A model generated the notes under the pieces. It was not told the origin of the DNA. It ran no database searches and worked only from the letters and a program-made list of their open reading frames with translations. This document shows, in pieces, positions 1-9,457 of a stretch of 64,000 bases of DNA. Source of the DNA: Nitrospirota bacterium. Its GTDB lineage: Bacteria; Nitrospirota; UBA9217. The stretch is from contig CAWFSF010000006.1 in assembly GCA_963818475.1 (NCBI GenBank), positions 160,001-224,000 of the forward strand, given 5' to 3'. Within the stretch, counting starts at the first letter, position 1. Every line of letters begins with the position of its first letter. A program made the translations under genes and the position numbers.

Positions 1-847
1 CTGAAGTTGACCTTGATCTTCTTGTTCGTTCCCAGCCGTTCGATCTCCCGTTCCTGCAGCGCCCGCAAGCAGCTTGACCTGCACCGGGAGCTCCATTTCA
101 CCGATCTCATCAAGGAACATCGTCCCTTCCGCAGGCCTCTTCGAATTTGCCCGTTCTGGATGCTGCTGCGCCGGTAAACGCGCCTTTCTCATAGCCGAAG
201 AGCTCTGATTCGAGCAGCTCCCGGGGGATCGCCGCACAGTTCACGGCAACAAAAGGCTTGTTGAAGCGCTTGCTGAGGAAATGGAGGTTGCAGGCGATCA
301 CCTCTTTTCCGGTGCCGGTATCTCCCTGGATGAGAACACTGCTGTCCGAGTCCTTGACCATTTCGATCGTTTTTGCGATCCTGTCCATGGACGGCGTATT
401 CCCGATAATGCGGTGCAGGTTGCTCCGCTGGCATGACCGGCGTTTCAGGTTCTCGACCTGCTTTTTGGATGCATGCTGTTCAATGGCCGTTGCCAGGACA
501 TTTTTGAGCTTGGGGTAGTCGGGCGGTTTGATGAAGTAGTGGTACGCGCCGCTGGTCATGGCCTGCACGGCGGATTCCACTGAACCATAGGCGGTCAGGA
601 ACATGACCGGCGTGTACGGATGATGCCGGGAAACGTAATTGAACAGCTGGAACCCGTCCTTGTCGGGCATTTTCATGTCCGTAATGACCGCATCAATATC
701 CTCGTTCTTCAGGACGCCCACGGCGTGGTCGACGTTCATCGATGCCAGGACATGATATCCCTCTTCCCTCAGGATCGCCGACAGTACTTTAACCGCATTG
801 GGTTCGTCGTCAACGACCAGTATTGTACTGCCTCCGGTAACTGCCAT
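1..847 (-). CDS. Sigma-54-dependent response regulator (NtrC/AtoC family), 3' part runs off window; frameshift near 120
   Basis: Receiver domain (LVVDDE...ITDMKMP...KP), then AAA+ motifs GDTGTGKE and ESELFGYEKGAFTGA; FLDEIGE continues in another frame. Confidence 0.93.
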
Positions 848-1868
848 AATGATGCACCTCGTGTTGTGTATGACATGGAATGAACAGTTTGATCGTTGTT
901 CCGATGTTCTTTTTGCTGTCGATCTCCACATGACCGCCATAGTGATTCAGGATCTCATGGGTGATAAAGAGGCCGAATCCTCTCCCGTTCTCTTTTGGTT
1001 CAGCCGGCGGTTCACCCAGAATCTTTTCGGATTCAGCGATGCCCTTGCCGGTATCGGAAATCGCGACCACGACAAAGATCCTTCCCGCACGTTCCTCGGT
1101 ACTGGTGCATATTTTCAGCTGGCCGCCCTGATGCATGGCATCGATGGCATTATTGATGACATTGAGAATGGCCTGCTCCAGATGAAATGAGTTGATGAGA
1201 ACGGGGGGGATATTTCCGTACTCATACAGCGATTGAATGTTCCGCGTGTAGATCTGCAGCGACGTGAATACCTCGATCTTTCTCAGCAGGGAATTGACGT
1301 CCGTTTCCTTGACGTCCGTATCCGAGACGGATGAGTTCAGAAAATTGGTGATGAAATTTTCGAGCCGGGAGATCTCTTCCTCCATGATCCTGGTAAATTC
1401 GACCAGGGGTGCGTCATTGGAACATTTTTCGCTGAGATAGACAACTGCGCCTTTTATGGCATTCAACGGGTTCCTGACGCCGTGGGCCAGTGTCGATGCG
1501 ATCTTGCCGATATTGATGAGCTGCTGCGATTGATTGAGCTTATGGGCAACCGTGCAGGTTGTGGCCGGCAGTAAAGTAACTTTGACCTCTTTGACGTTGC
1601 CATATGCCGAATCCAGCGGGATGATCTCGATGTCTGCACTGATCTGTGCGAACAAACAGGGTATATCGTATTTCTTGAGCGACAGCGCGTTGTTTGTCCG
1701 GACCGCTTCAGCAAGTGCATCTTTGCCTTCAAGAGATATGAGCGGGAGCACTTCATAATATTTGTTTCCGAGCGTCATTTCTGCTGGTTTGCCCGTAAAC
1801 TGTGCGATTTCGTCGCCCCACACGCTGATGCATAGATTGTTATCAGTATGAAAAAATAAGGATTTCAT
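810..1868 (-). CDS. Sensor histidine kinase with PAS-like N-terminus
   Basis: H-box LAHGVRNPL, N-box NVINNAIDAM, G-boxes DTGKG and GFGLFI; adjacent to the response regulator. Confidence 0.9.
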   Translation of the reverse strand: MKSLFFHTDNNLCISVWGDEIAQFTGKPAEMTLGNKYYEVLPLISLEGKDALAEAVRTNNALSLKKYDIPCLFAQISADIEIIPLDSAYGNVKEVKVTLLPATTCTVAHKLNQSQQLINIGKIASTLAHGVRNPLNAIKGAVVYLSEKCSNDAPLVEFTRIMEEEISRLENFITNFLNSSVSDTDVKETDVNSLLRKIEVFTSLQIYTRNIQSLYEYGNIPPVLINSFHLEQAILNVINNAIDAMHQGGQLKICTSTEERAGRIFVVVAISDTGKGIAESEKILGEPPAEPKENGRGFGLFITHEILNHYGGHVEIDSKKNIGTTIKLFIPCHTQHEVHHYGSYRRQYNTGR

Positions 1869-2462
1869 CCTTTCCTTCCTATGCACCTGCAAGTTGCCTG
1901 ACTTTGACAATCCTGAGCCGATCAATATTTTTTTCATGATAATCCAAATAATATCGTATATATCCGCAGAAACAATACCCTTATAGGGTGATTTTATGGG
2001 TAAAGCAGCAACAAAAAACAGAAATGCACCGTGTTATTAGCGCAATGGCCTGATTATATCGCTTTTTGCGGTCACTACTACAGAATTTAAGCTGATAATC
2101 ACGGGAGCGGCCTGTTATGCCCATAATTATTCTTTATTATTTCAATTGGTTGACTAAATTATTGCCTCATTTTGGCAACTCTATTTGGGACCCAGAAAAT
2201 GTAAAGCCATAGTTATAATAAGACTTAATGGTTAAGCGTGATGTTTTGGTTTTTTTAAATATAGCACTTTTGTCAAGCGGTATTAAATTGCTGTTCTTTG
2301 CGGAGAATTATTGATGGTGCTCGTATCAGGTAGAGGCAGCGAAGACACAAGGGACATCCTGAACGGTACCGTGTTGATCGGTCTCCGAAGAAACTAAAGG
2401 CTTCTCTTTGTGCCATAGTGTCAAAATTGTGCCGGTTTGTGCTTGTGCAGGCGAGAAAAAGG

Positions 2463-2492
2463 AAAGGCAGGCGTTTTCGCCTGCCTTTTTTT
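2463..2492. terminator. Intrinsic terminator, possibly bidirectional
   Basis: AAAGGCAGGCG-TTTT-CGCCTGCCTTT hairpin with T/A tracts, just downstream of the Ig-repeat gene. Confidence 0.75.
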
Positions 2493-2541
2493 GAGCTTCA
2501 CTTCTGCGACGTTCCTGCGGGGAAGCAGGTTTTCCGGTCTG

Positions 2542-4791
2542 TTAGAGCGTTTTCGAGCCTTCATTGGAGTACGTGCTTTCCTGTCCCGATGCGTCGATGG
2601 CCGTGATAGCAAAATAGTAGGTGCCTGGCCCGAGGTTCAAGGTATGCGTGACAGAAGTCGTCCCGGGATTGACTACCGTTACCGTTTGCGTATACGATTG
2701 CGACAAGGTTCCATAATGGATCTTATAGGCAGACAGGTCTGTAAGCGGATTGAGCGTCGATCCATCGCTCCTCGTTGTAGGCGCATCCCACGTTAACGTT
2801 GCGGTGCTGCTGCCGGTGACCGTCAATGTCGCAGTTGCAGAAATGTTCCCTGATACCGCCGTGATGGTGGTTGTCCCGGCAGCAACTGCTGTGGCAAGAC
2901 CTATGGAGCCTGATGCATTGCTGATCGATGCAATTCCTGTGCTGGAGGAACTCCAGGTAACCGTGGTTGTCAGGTTTTGAGTCGTGCTGTCGGAGTAGGT
3001 GCCGGTGGCCGTGAATTGCTGGGTCGTGCCAACGGAGATGTTCTGACTGTACGGGGTTATAGCAAGGGACACCAGCGTCGCCTGGGTTACCGTCAGCGTG
3101 GTCGATCCGGAAATGCTTCCCGAGGTCGCCTTGATCGTGGTCGAGCCGGCGGTTAGGGACGTTGCCAGGCCCTGGGAGCCTGCTGCGTTGCTGATCGCTG
3201 CCACGGCTGTACTGGAGGAACTCCAGGTTGCCGAGGCCGTCAGGTTTTGGGTCGTAGTGTCTGAGTAGGTTCCTGTGGCAGTGAACTGCTTGCTGCTTCC
3301 TTTGGTAATGCTCGGGCTGGCCGGGGTGATGGCGATAGATACCAATGTTGCCGGCGTCACGCTCAGCGTGGTCGATCCTGAAATGCTCCCTGCGGTTGCT
3401 GTTATTGTGGTTGAGCCGGCGGTTACGGACGTTGCCAGGCCCTGGGAGCCTGCTGCGTTGCTGATCGTTGCCACTGCCGTACTGGAGGAACTCCAGGTTG
3501 CCGTAGTCGTCAGGTTTTGAGTGGTATTGTCTGAGTAGGTTCCTGTGGCAGTGAACTGCTTAACGCTTCCTTTGGCAATGCTCGGACTGGTCGGGGTGAT
3601 GGCGATAGATACCAATGTCGCTGGCGTCACCGTAAGCGTGGTCGATCCGGAAATGCTCCCCGAGGTTGCAGTGATCGTGGTTGAACCGCTGGTTGCGGAC
3701 GTTGCCAGGCCTTGGGAGCCTGCTGCGTTGCTGATCGTTGCCACTGCCGTACTGGAGGAACTCCAGGTTGCCGTGGTTGTCAGGTTTTGGGTCGTATTGT
3801 CGGAGTAGGTGCCTGTTGCAGTGAACTGTTTAACGCTTCCTTTGGCAACGCTCGGACTGGCCGGGGTGATGGCGATAGATACCAATGTCGTCGGCGTCAC
3901 CGTAAGCGTGGTCGATCCGGAAATGCTCCCCGAGGTTGCAGTGATCGTTGTTGAGCCGGCTGCTGCGGCCGCTGCCAGCCCCTGGAAGCCGGCTGCGTTG
4001 CTGATGGTTGCTGTGTCTGTATTTGAGGAACTCCAGACGACCGAAGCGGTCAGATTCTGCGTTGTATTGTCGGAAAAGATGCCCGTGGCAGTGAACTGCC
4101 GGGTGGTCCCATCGGCAATGCTCGGGTTGGTCGGGGTGAGGGCGACAGATACCAATGTTGCCGGAGTTATCAACAGCGAGGTCGCCCCCGAAATGCTCCC
4201 CGAGGTTGCCCGTATCGTGGTTGAACCGGTTGCTACGGCCGCTGCCAGCCCCTGGGAACCCGCAACGTTGCTGATCGTAGCTGCGGCCGTATTTGAGGAA
4301 CTCCAGGTGACCGACGCGGTCATGTCCTGCGTGGTATTGTCAGAGAAGGTGCCTGTGGCAGTGAACTGCTGGGTTGTCCCTTTGGCAATGGCGGGATTGG
4401 TTGGCGTGAGAGCGATGGATACCAATGTGGCTTCTGAAACGGTGACCGTGGTCTCGCCGGCAATGCCGTCTGATTGCGCCTTGATGGTCGCAATGCCAAT
4501 GCCTCTGCCGTGCACACTCCCGGGTTTGTCAACCGTTGCCGTGGTTTCATCAGAGGAGCTCCAGGTGACGCTTTGTGTCACATCGCCTGTTTTGTTGTTC
4601 GCATAGACGGCGGTTGCCGTTAATTGCTGGCTGGTGTTGTTTGCCAACGATGGACTGGGAGGTGTAAGTGAAATCGAAATGATCTCACCGTTTGAACCTG
4701 CTTCATTCGAATCTGCACTGCTCCCGCAACCTGCCAGAATTGCAGCGAACAGCGATACCATAATAATGAACCCTACTCTGTTTTGTACCAT
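2542..4791 (-). CDS. Surface lipoprotein with 7 bacterial Ig-like (Big_2, Lig-like) repeats and a C-terminal FN3-like domain
   Basis: Lipobox LAGC after a hydrophobic signal; seven ~90 aa units (SIAITP...QFTATGTYSD..TQNLT...WSSS); tail ATLTWDAP...YYFAITA; SD GAGGAG before ATG 4791. Confidence 0.9.
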   Translation of the reverse strand: MVQNRVGFIIMVSLFAAILAGCGSSADSNEAGSNGEIISISLTPPSPSLANNTSQQLTATAVYANNKTGDVTQSVTWSSSDETTATVDKPGSVHGRGIGIATIKAQSDGIAGETTVTVSEATLVSIALTPTNPAIAKGTTQQFTATGTFSDNTTQDMTASVTWSSSNTAAATISNVAGSQGLAAAVATGSTTIRATSGSISGATSLLITPATLVSVALTPTNPSIADGTTRQFTATGIFSDNTTQNLTASVVWSSSNTDTATISNAAGFQGLAAAAAAGSTTITATSGSISGSTTLTVTPTTLVSIAITPASPSVAKGSVKQFTATGTYSDNTTQNLTTTATWSSSSTAVATISNAAGSQGLATSATSGSTTITATSGSISGSTTLTVTPATLVSIAITPTSPSIAKGSVKQFTATGTYSDNTTQNLTTTATWSSSSTAVATISNAAGSQGLATSVTAGSTTITATAGSISGSTTLSVTPATLVSIAITPASPSITKGSSKQFTATGTYSDTTTQNLTASATWSSSSTAVAAISNAAGSQGLATSLTAGSTTIKATSGSISGSTTLTVTQATLVSLAITPYSQNISVGTTQQFTATGTYSDSTTQNLTTTVTWSSSSTGIASISNASGSIGLATAVAAGTTTITAVSGNISATATLTVTGSSTATLTWDAPTTRSDGSTLNPLTDLSAYKIHYGTLSQSYTQTVTVVNPGTTSVTHTLNLGPGTYYFAITAIDASGQESTYSNEGSKTL
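2815..4440 (-). repeat. Intragenic ~270-bp tandem repeats encoding the Ig domains
   Basis: Near-identical blocks (e.g. gaggaactccag) recur at a 270-bp period. Confidence 0.9.
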
Positions 4792-4837
4792 CGAATAATC
4801 CTCCTCTGCTTTGAGCAATAAACAAATACGAGCGATC

Positions 4838-4930
4838 ATCTCTGGCGGCTCGGCGGACGTTGCTTCCGGCAATTCGTTAGTCCCGTTGCTCTGCGTCCCA
4901 GGGTTTCCCCTGGTTTGCTCTGAGCAGAGA
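4838..4930 (-). ncRNA. GEMM-I (c-di-GMP-I class) riboswitch, A20 variant
   Basis: Minus strand reads CUCUG..CAGAGCAAACCAGGGGAAACCCUGGGACGCAGAGC...CUAA...GAGCCGCCAGAG, matching the GEMM-I pattern (GCAAACC-GNRA hairpin-GGGACGCA; P1 CUCUG/CAGAG). Confidence 0.85.
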
Positions 4931-5325
4931 AAGATTGAAGCGTGCAATACGTGATGCTGTTGATTTCGGTCAAAGATCGCGTGAAATTCTCATCTCACGT
5001 TGGCCATAGTACACAAGAATCCTAAAGTGGTATGTGATTTTAAATACAAAAGTATTATGTGATCCTGGTTACATTTATAGGCCAGTCATGGAATCGGGGA
5101 TTAAAAATCAAATTGTTTGAAACAGAAGCGTATGGGTGATCGTGCCTTTGAACGGGGGGCCTCTGTGGATGGAGAATCTGCAGTGCTAGTTCGTTGTTTT
5201 TTCAGCAGTCATTGCAGTCCGGTGCGGTGTCTGTTATCCTGCACCTTACTGAAGCATGAGCTTTATGACACTTGTGTCATGAATGCCAACTCTTTGATTT
5301 TCCGATATAAATATTATGCTATTTC

Positions 5326-5341
5326 TGGCACGGGCATTGCT
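5326..5341 (+). promoter_or_regulatory. Sigma-54 -24/-12 promoter
   Basis: TGGCACGGGCATTGCT matches TGGCAC-N5-TTGC; about 60 nt upstream of the 5400 ATG. Confidence 0.75.
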
Positions 5342-5399
5342 GTTATACTGTTAATACATTGAAAGTGACGTTACTACTATGCTCAAAGGAGGAACTACA

Positions 5400-5798
5400 A
5401 TGAAAAAAGTATACTTGGTGACCATGGCAATGGTCATGGCTATCTCGGTCCTGTTCGGATGTTCAAAAGGGTACGAGTCTCAGAAAAATGTGGGAGATCT
5501 GGGGATTACGCTTAAGGTTGACCGGTACCCGCTGGTAAAAGGAGACAACACGCTTTCCGTGCAGGTAGCCGGGCAGGGCGGTAAATCCGTGACCGATGCA
5601 ACGGTCGATGTGCGCTACTACATGCCCCCCATGCCGGGCATGGCGCCCATGGAATTCAACACGCAGGCCGCACCAAGGGGCAGCGGCTATTCCTTTGCCG
5701 CCAATATCCCCATGGAGGGCGGCTGGAAGGTCGATGTGACCGTGACGCAGCCGGGTAAAACACCGGTAAATGCTACGTTCAACGTTGATGCCCGGTAA
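5400..5798 (+). CDS. FixH/YtkA-like lipoprotein
   Basis: Lipobox LFGC, Met-rich YYMPPMPGMAPM, MEGGWKVDV; SD AGGAGG. Confidence 0.75.
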   Translation: MKKVYLVTMAMVMAISVLFGCSKGYESQKNVGDLGITLKVDRYPLVKGDNTLSVQVAGQGGKSVTDATVDVRYYMPPMPGMAPMEFNTQAAPRGSGYSFAANIPMEGGWKVDVTVTQPGKTPVNATFNVDAR

Positions 5799-5866
5799 GA
5801 TTTCGCCGGCCGGACAGGCAGGAGGGAATCAGGGCAGATATGCTTCCGAAGAGAAAGGCGGCGTTA

Positions 5867-6082
5867 ATGAAGGTGGCGCATTTTAATGTGGATAAAAACC
5901 TCTGCGGAGAGTGCTCCCTGGCGCTCAGGCGGTTCATTGGCGGCATGGACGGTGTGGAGGCTATTGATGTGGAGAGCGGCAGGATCGCGGTACAGTTCAA
6001 CGAAGCAGAGATAGACGAGGAGGCGCTGTCGAAGATCACGAAGGACAGCATGGAAAAACTCGGCTATAAGATCGAAGACTGA
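5867..6082 (+). CDS. Heavy-metal-associated (HMA) domain protein
   Basis: LCGEC (CxxC), GVEAIDV, C-terminal LGYKI. Confidence 0.75.
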   Translation: MKVAHFNVDKNLCGECSLALRRFIGGMDGVEAIDVESGRIAVQFNEAEIDEEALSKITKDSMEKLGYKIED

Positions 6083-6347
6083 TCATGCAGGGCTCCTGCC
6101 GGACTCATGGCGTGTTTTGTTCAGTCCGGCAACGGCGCTTTCGCTTTGCGGCCTGAGCGGAACTGACCCTCCCTTTTCACCGAAATTGTACCTGCCTTTC
6201 GTGTCTGCTGCTGATGATGATGGCGTCACGGCTGTCTGTCTGTTCTGTCAAATTCTCCTGAACCCCGCACCTGCGCTCACGATCTGCCCCTTTGCTTGAC
6301 AAAACAGGGAGAGATGGTATGCTGCCAGCATTATTTCGTAAGGATGA

Positions 6348-7151
6348 ATGCGTCTCTGCGATGAGATGACATCAGAAAGGACATACCGCCTGATGGACAG
6401 AGAGGTCCGCACCATTCTGCTCGTGGATTGCAGCACGTCGATGCTGTCCTTTCTTGGTTCGCTCCTGACAAGGATCGAATACCGGATCGTGAAGGCCCGC
6501 TCGGGTGAAGATGCGCTCCGCCTGATGGACGAGTCCCTTCCCTCGGTCGTTCTTGCCGAGGTGGCACTGCCGGCCATGAGCGGCGTCGCACTGCTCAAAC
6601 ATATCAAGGAGCGGCCGGGCTGCGGGGCCTTGCCCGTTATCATGCTCACCACCGGGGACGAACCCGGGATCAAAGATGCCTGCATGCAGCTGGGGTGCGC
6701 TGCCTGCCTTCTCAAGCCCGTGGAGCCTGATCTGCTCTACAGAACCATACAGGCTGCTTCGGAATCCGTACCGCGCGCGAACATACGACTTCAGACCTCG
6801 CTCAAGGTCATTGTTGGGGACGGCTCGGTGTTAGGCGGGGCCGCCAGGACTGAGTATGCAACGGCGCTCTCCGAGGGCGGATTGTTCATCAATACGCGCT
6901 ATCCCCAGCCCCGGAACGCCGTAACACCGCTCAGGATCTTCATCAGCGGCCGTGAGGTGACTGCGAAGGCGCTGGTCTTGTATATCTGCGGCCACGGTGA
7001 GGAGGGGGCCTCTTCTGTGGAGCCTGGCATGGGCATGAAATTCGTCCAGATATCGGATGCCGACCGGGCCGTGCTGCGGTGTTTTATCCGGGAACAGCTG
7101 ACGCTTGATATCGCAGATCGTGATCAGGAAAGGTCGCTTCCGGTTCACTAG
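6348..7151 (+). CDS. Receiver (atypical) + PilZ domain protein
   Basis: REC fold with E at the phospho-acceptor position (VVLAEV) and LLKP; PilZ RANIR, LSEGG, GMGMKF. Confidence 0.8.
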   Translation: MRLCDEMTSERTYRLMDREVRTILLVDCSTSMLSFLGSLLTRIEYRIVKARSGEDALRLMDESLPSVVLAEVALPAMSGVALLKHIKERPGCGALPVIMLTTGDEPGIKDACMQLGCAACLLKPVEPDLLYRTIQAASESVPRANIRLQTSLKVIVGDGSVLGGAARTEYATALSEGGLFINTRYPQPRNAVTPLRIFISGREVTAKALVLYICGHGEEGASSVEPGMGMKFVQISDADRAVLRCFIREQLTLDIADRDQERSLPVH

Positions 7152-7215
7152 CGCTCAGGTGCCGACTATACTGTTTCGACGGATCGCAGCGCGCATTGAG
7201 AGATCCTCATTCATT

Positions 7216-8414
7216 ATGAAAAATCGGGCGAGGAACATAAAGAAGCAGTGGCTGGTGCTTTCCGAAGCACTGTCATCGTTCATGCGGAACAACGACCTGA
7301 CCGCCGCCTCGTCGCTCGCTTTTTCGGCAATGCTGGCGCTCATCCCCACGCTGTTCCTCCTTACCTATCTGCTCAGTCTCGCGATCGGTTCTTCATCGCA
7401 GGCGCTGGCGCGAACGCAGGAGCTGCTGATGCGGCTGCTGCCGGCCTACAGCCAGGACATTGTGGAGGAAGTGCGTTTTCTCGCTTCCCATAAAGGGGCG
7501 GTAGGCCTGGTGAACAGCGTTGTTCTTTTCTGGACCATGACGCCCTTTGTGGCGGACATGCGGTTCGTGCTCGGCACGGTTTTCAGGCAGAAACCGAGCA
7601 GGCCGTTCCTGCTCGAAAAGCTCTTTGATGTCGTGGTCAGCATGGTGTTCCTCGTCGGGCTCACCGCGGTCATGGTCGCCGGTATCGCGTTCCGCTGCTG
7701 GAAAAAGAGAGCCTGCTGCGCGTGCTGCCCGGAAATATGGAGTCAGTGGTCCAGTTCCTGCTGGTCGCCTCTGTTGTTTTCCTCTCCTATTTCATATTTT
7801 CTTCCCGGAAGCAGAAACGGTATCTCCTTGCCGGGGCCGTGGTCGCGTCGCTCATCTGGTTCGCCATGCGGCCGGCCTTTCATCTCTTTCTGACCTTCAA
7901 CCCGGGCTACGGCTTCGCCTTCGGTTCCTTCAAGTCGCTCTTTGTGGTCATCATCTGGATCTATGCTTCTCTCGCGGTCTTTCTGTTCGGCGCCGAGATC
8001 GCCCGGAGCCTCCACCGGCATGAGGCGGTGTTCATGAAAAAGCTGATGCAGGGGAAGCGGAATGTCCCAGCTGCCGTGTATGAAAAATATGTGCGTTCTT
8101 TTCTCAAGGGCAGCGTCATCTTCAGCGAGGGCGACCCCGGCGGCGAGATGTTCTCCGTGCTGCGCGGAACGGTGGCGCTGCATCAGCAGGGGAGGCCGGT
8201 CGCCGAGATTCCTGAAGGGAAATGCTTCGGCGAAATGTCGTTCCTTCTGGCGTCGCCCCGGCTTTCCACGGCCGTTGCGGTCCAGGATGTCGAACTGGTG
8301 CGCATCAACAATGAGAACGTCTCTCAGCTGATGAATGAATATCCTGAGCTTGTGGTGGAGATGCTGCGCGAGATGGCGCTGAGACTGCGGGAGGCGGACA
8401 AGTTGATCGATTAG
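7216..8414 (+). CDS. YihY/BrkB-family membrane protein fused to a cyclic-nucleotide-binding domain (frameshift near 7700)
   Basis: AASSLAFSAMLALIP and FGSFKSLFVVIIWIY (YihY); IFSEGDPG, CFGEMS and PRLST (cNMP); split across ORFs 7105-7893 and 7722-8414. Confidence 0.8.
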
Positions 8415-8584
8415 TAACTAAAGAATATAATTCTTCTCAAAATGGCAAGAAAGTTTACCACGAAGAACACGAAGCGCGCGAAGTTAAAATCAATATTATT
8501 TTGATTTTGTCTTTTTCAACTTTTTCGTGATCTTCGTGCCCTTCGTGGTGAAAAGGCTTTTTGCTCCGGCTTGTCCGGGTTAGG
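8411..8584 (-). repeat. ~175-bp MITE-like element with internal CACGAAG/CTTCGTG hairpin
   Basis: Reverse-complement homologue of 62189-62368; ends CCGGCTTGTCCGGGTTAGG. Confidence 0.75.
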
Positions 8585-8758
8585 GGAGGGGGACCGTGCG
8601 TTGGAGGAATTCTGCGGAGGCGGAACAGGACGCGCAGCGCGGTCCGGCAAGCGGGAATAGAGCCGGTTTCTCGCTGCGGGCAGGGGAATCCTCAACAAGC
8701 TGCCCAGGCGGCTTCCATCAGCGCACCGGCGTTGCGGCCGCTGCTGCACATGCGCTCC

Positions 8759-9034
8759 TTAGTGAGCGCTGCCTGTTCCGAGCGTGATGACGGGAGCTGT
8801 TGTTTTGTTCTTCATCTGTTCGAACATGGCCAGCAGTGGTTTGGTGTCCATATCAAGGGCTTTGGCATAGAGCTTTAAATAGCCCTTGTCGAACACGTTC
8901 GGGATGGTTTGAAACTTCCCCTCTTCCATGGCCTTGAGATAGTGGGCGCTGATGCAGGTGCTTCTCGCAATATCGCCGATCTCCAGACCGCGGGCCAATC
9001 TTCCCTCCTTTAATACCAGACCGATCTCACGCAT
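8759..9034 (-). CDS. Helix-turn-helix protein (RodZ N-terminal / HTH_25-like)
   Basis: IG..LKEGR..RGL.I.DIA..T.IS..YLKAMEEG and KGYLKLYAKAL. Confidence 0.85.
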   Translation of the reverse strand: MREIGLVLKEGRLARGLEIGDIARSTCISAHYLKAMEEGKFQTIPNVFDKGYLKLYAKALDMDTKPLLAMFEQMKNKTTAPVITLGTGSAH

Positions 9035-9457
9035 GGTTCTCCCCCCCGGGAACGTTAGTGATCCGTCTCCATGACGGATAATGGAACAAGCTTAACTATG
9101 AAAGACGACAGATAGGAACCCGTCGTGTATGCATGTCCGATAAGGTGCGAAGTAAATCGGTACTGCGTTCCGGGGTAGCGCGAGCTGGGAAAAATGGTCC
9201 TTCCGGTCGATGTCGTGCAATCTTAGTATCACGAAACGTTCGTAAAATCAACATAAAATTCTAATTTTATATTGGTATTTTCATTCAGTTGCTGTAAGCC
9301 ACAATATATGGTGGTTATATTTGCCGAACCACACTATCATGTTCCGTTAGCCTGAAGGTATTGCTGAAGAGTCCTGGATCCCTGCTCTTTCGTGTTGATA
9401 AGCAGGGTGCGATCATGCTATAACCACACAGTTGTTGAATCGAAGAGAGGAATAGGT

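Noticed and set aside
2172-2190. Sigma-54-like site TTGGCAACTCTATTTGG
   Set aside because: Lacks the -12 GC and points toward no gene start.
2815-4440. DGR template/variable repeats or CRISPR
   Set aside because: The repeats are in-frame Ig domains, differences are not adenine-specific, and no reverse transcriptase is present.
9036-9260. Possible structured leader RNA upstream of the HTH gene
   Set aside because: Two short hairpins only; no recognisable riboswitch consensus.
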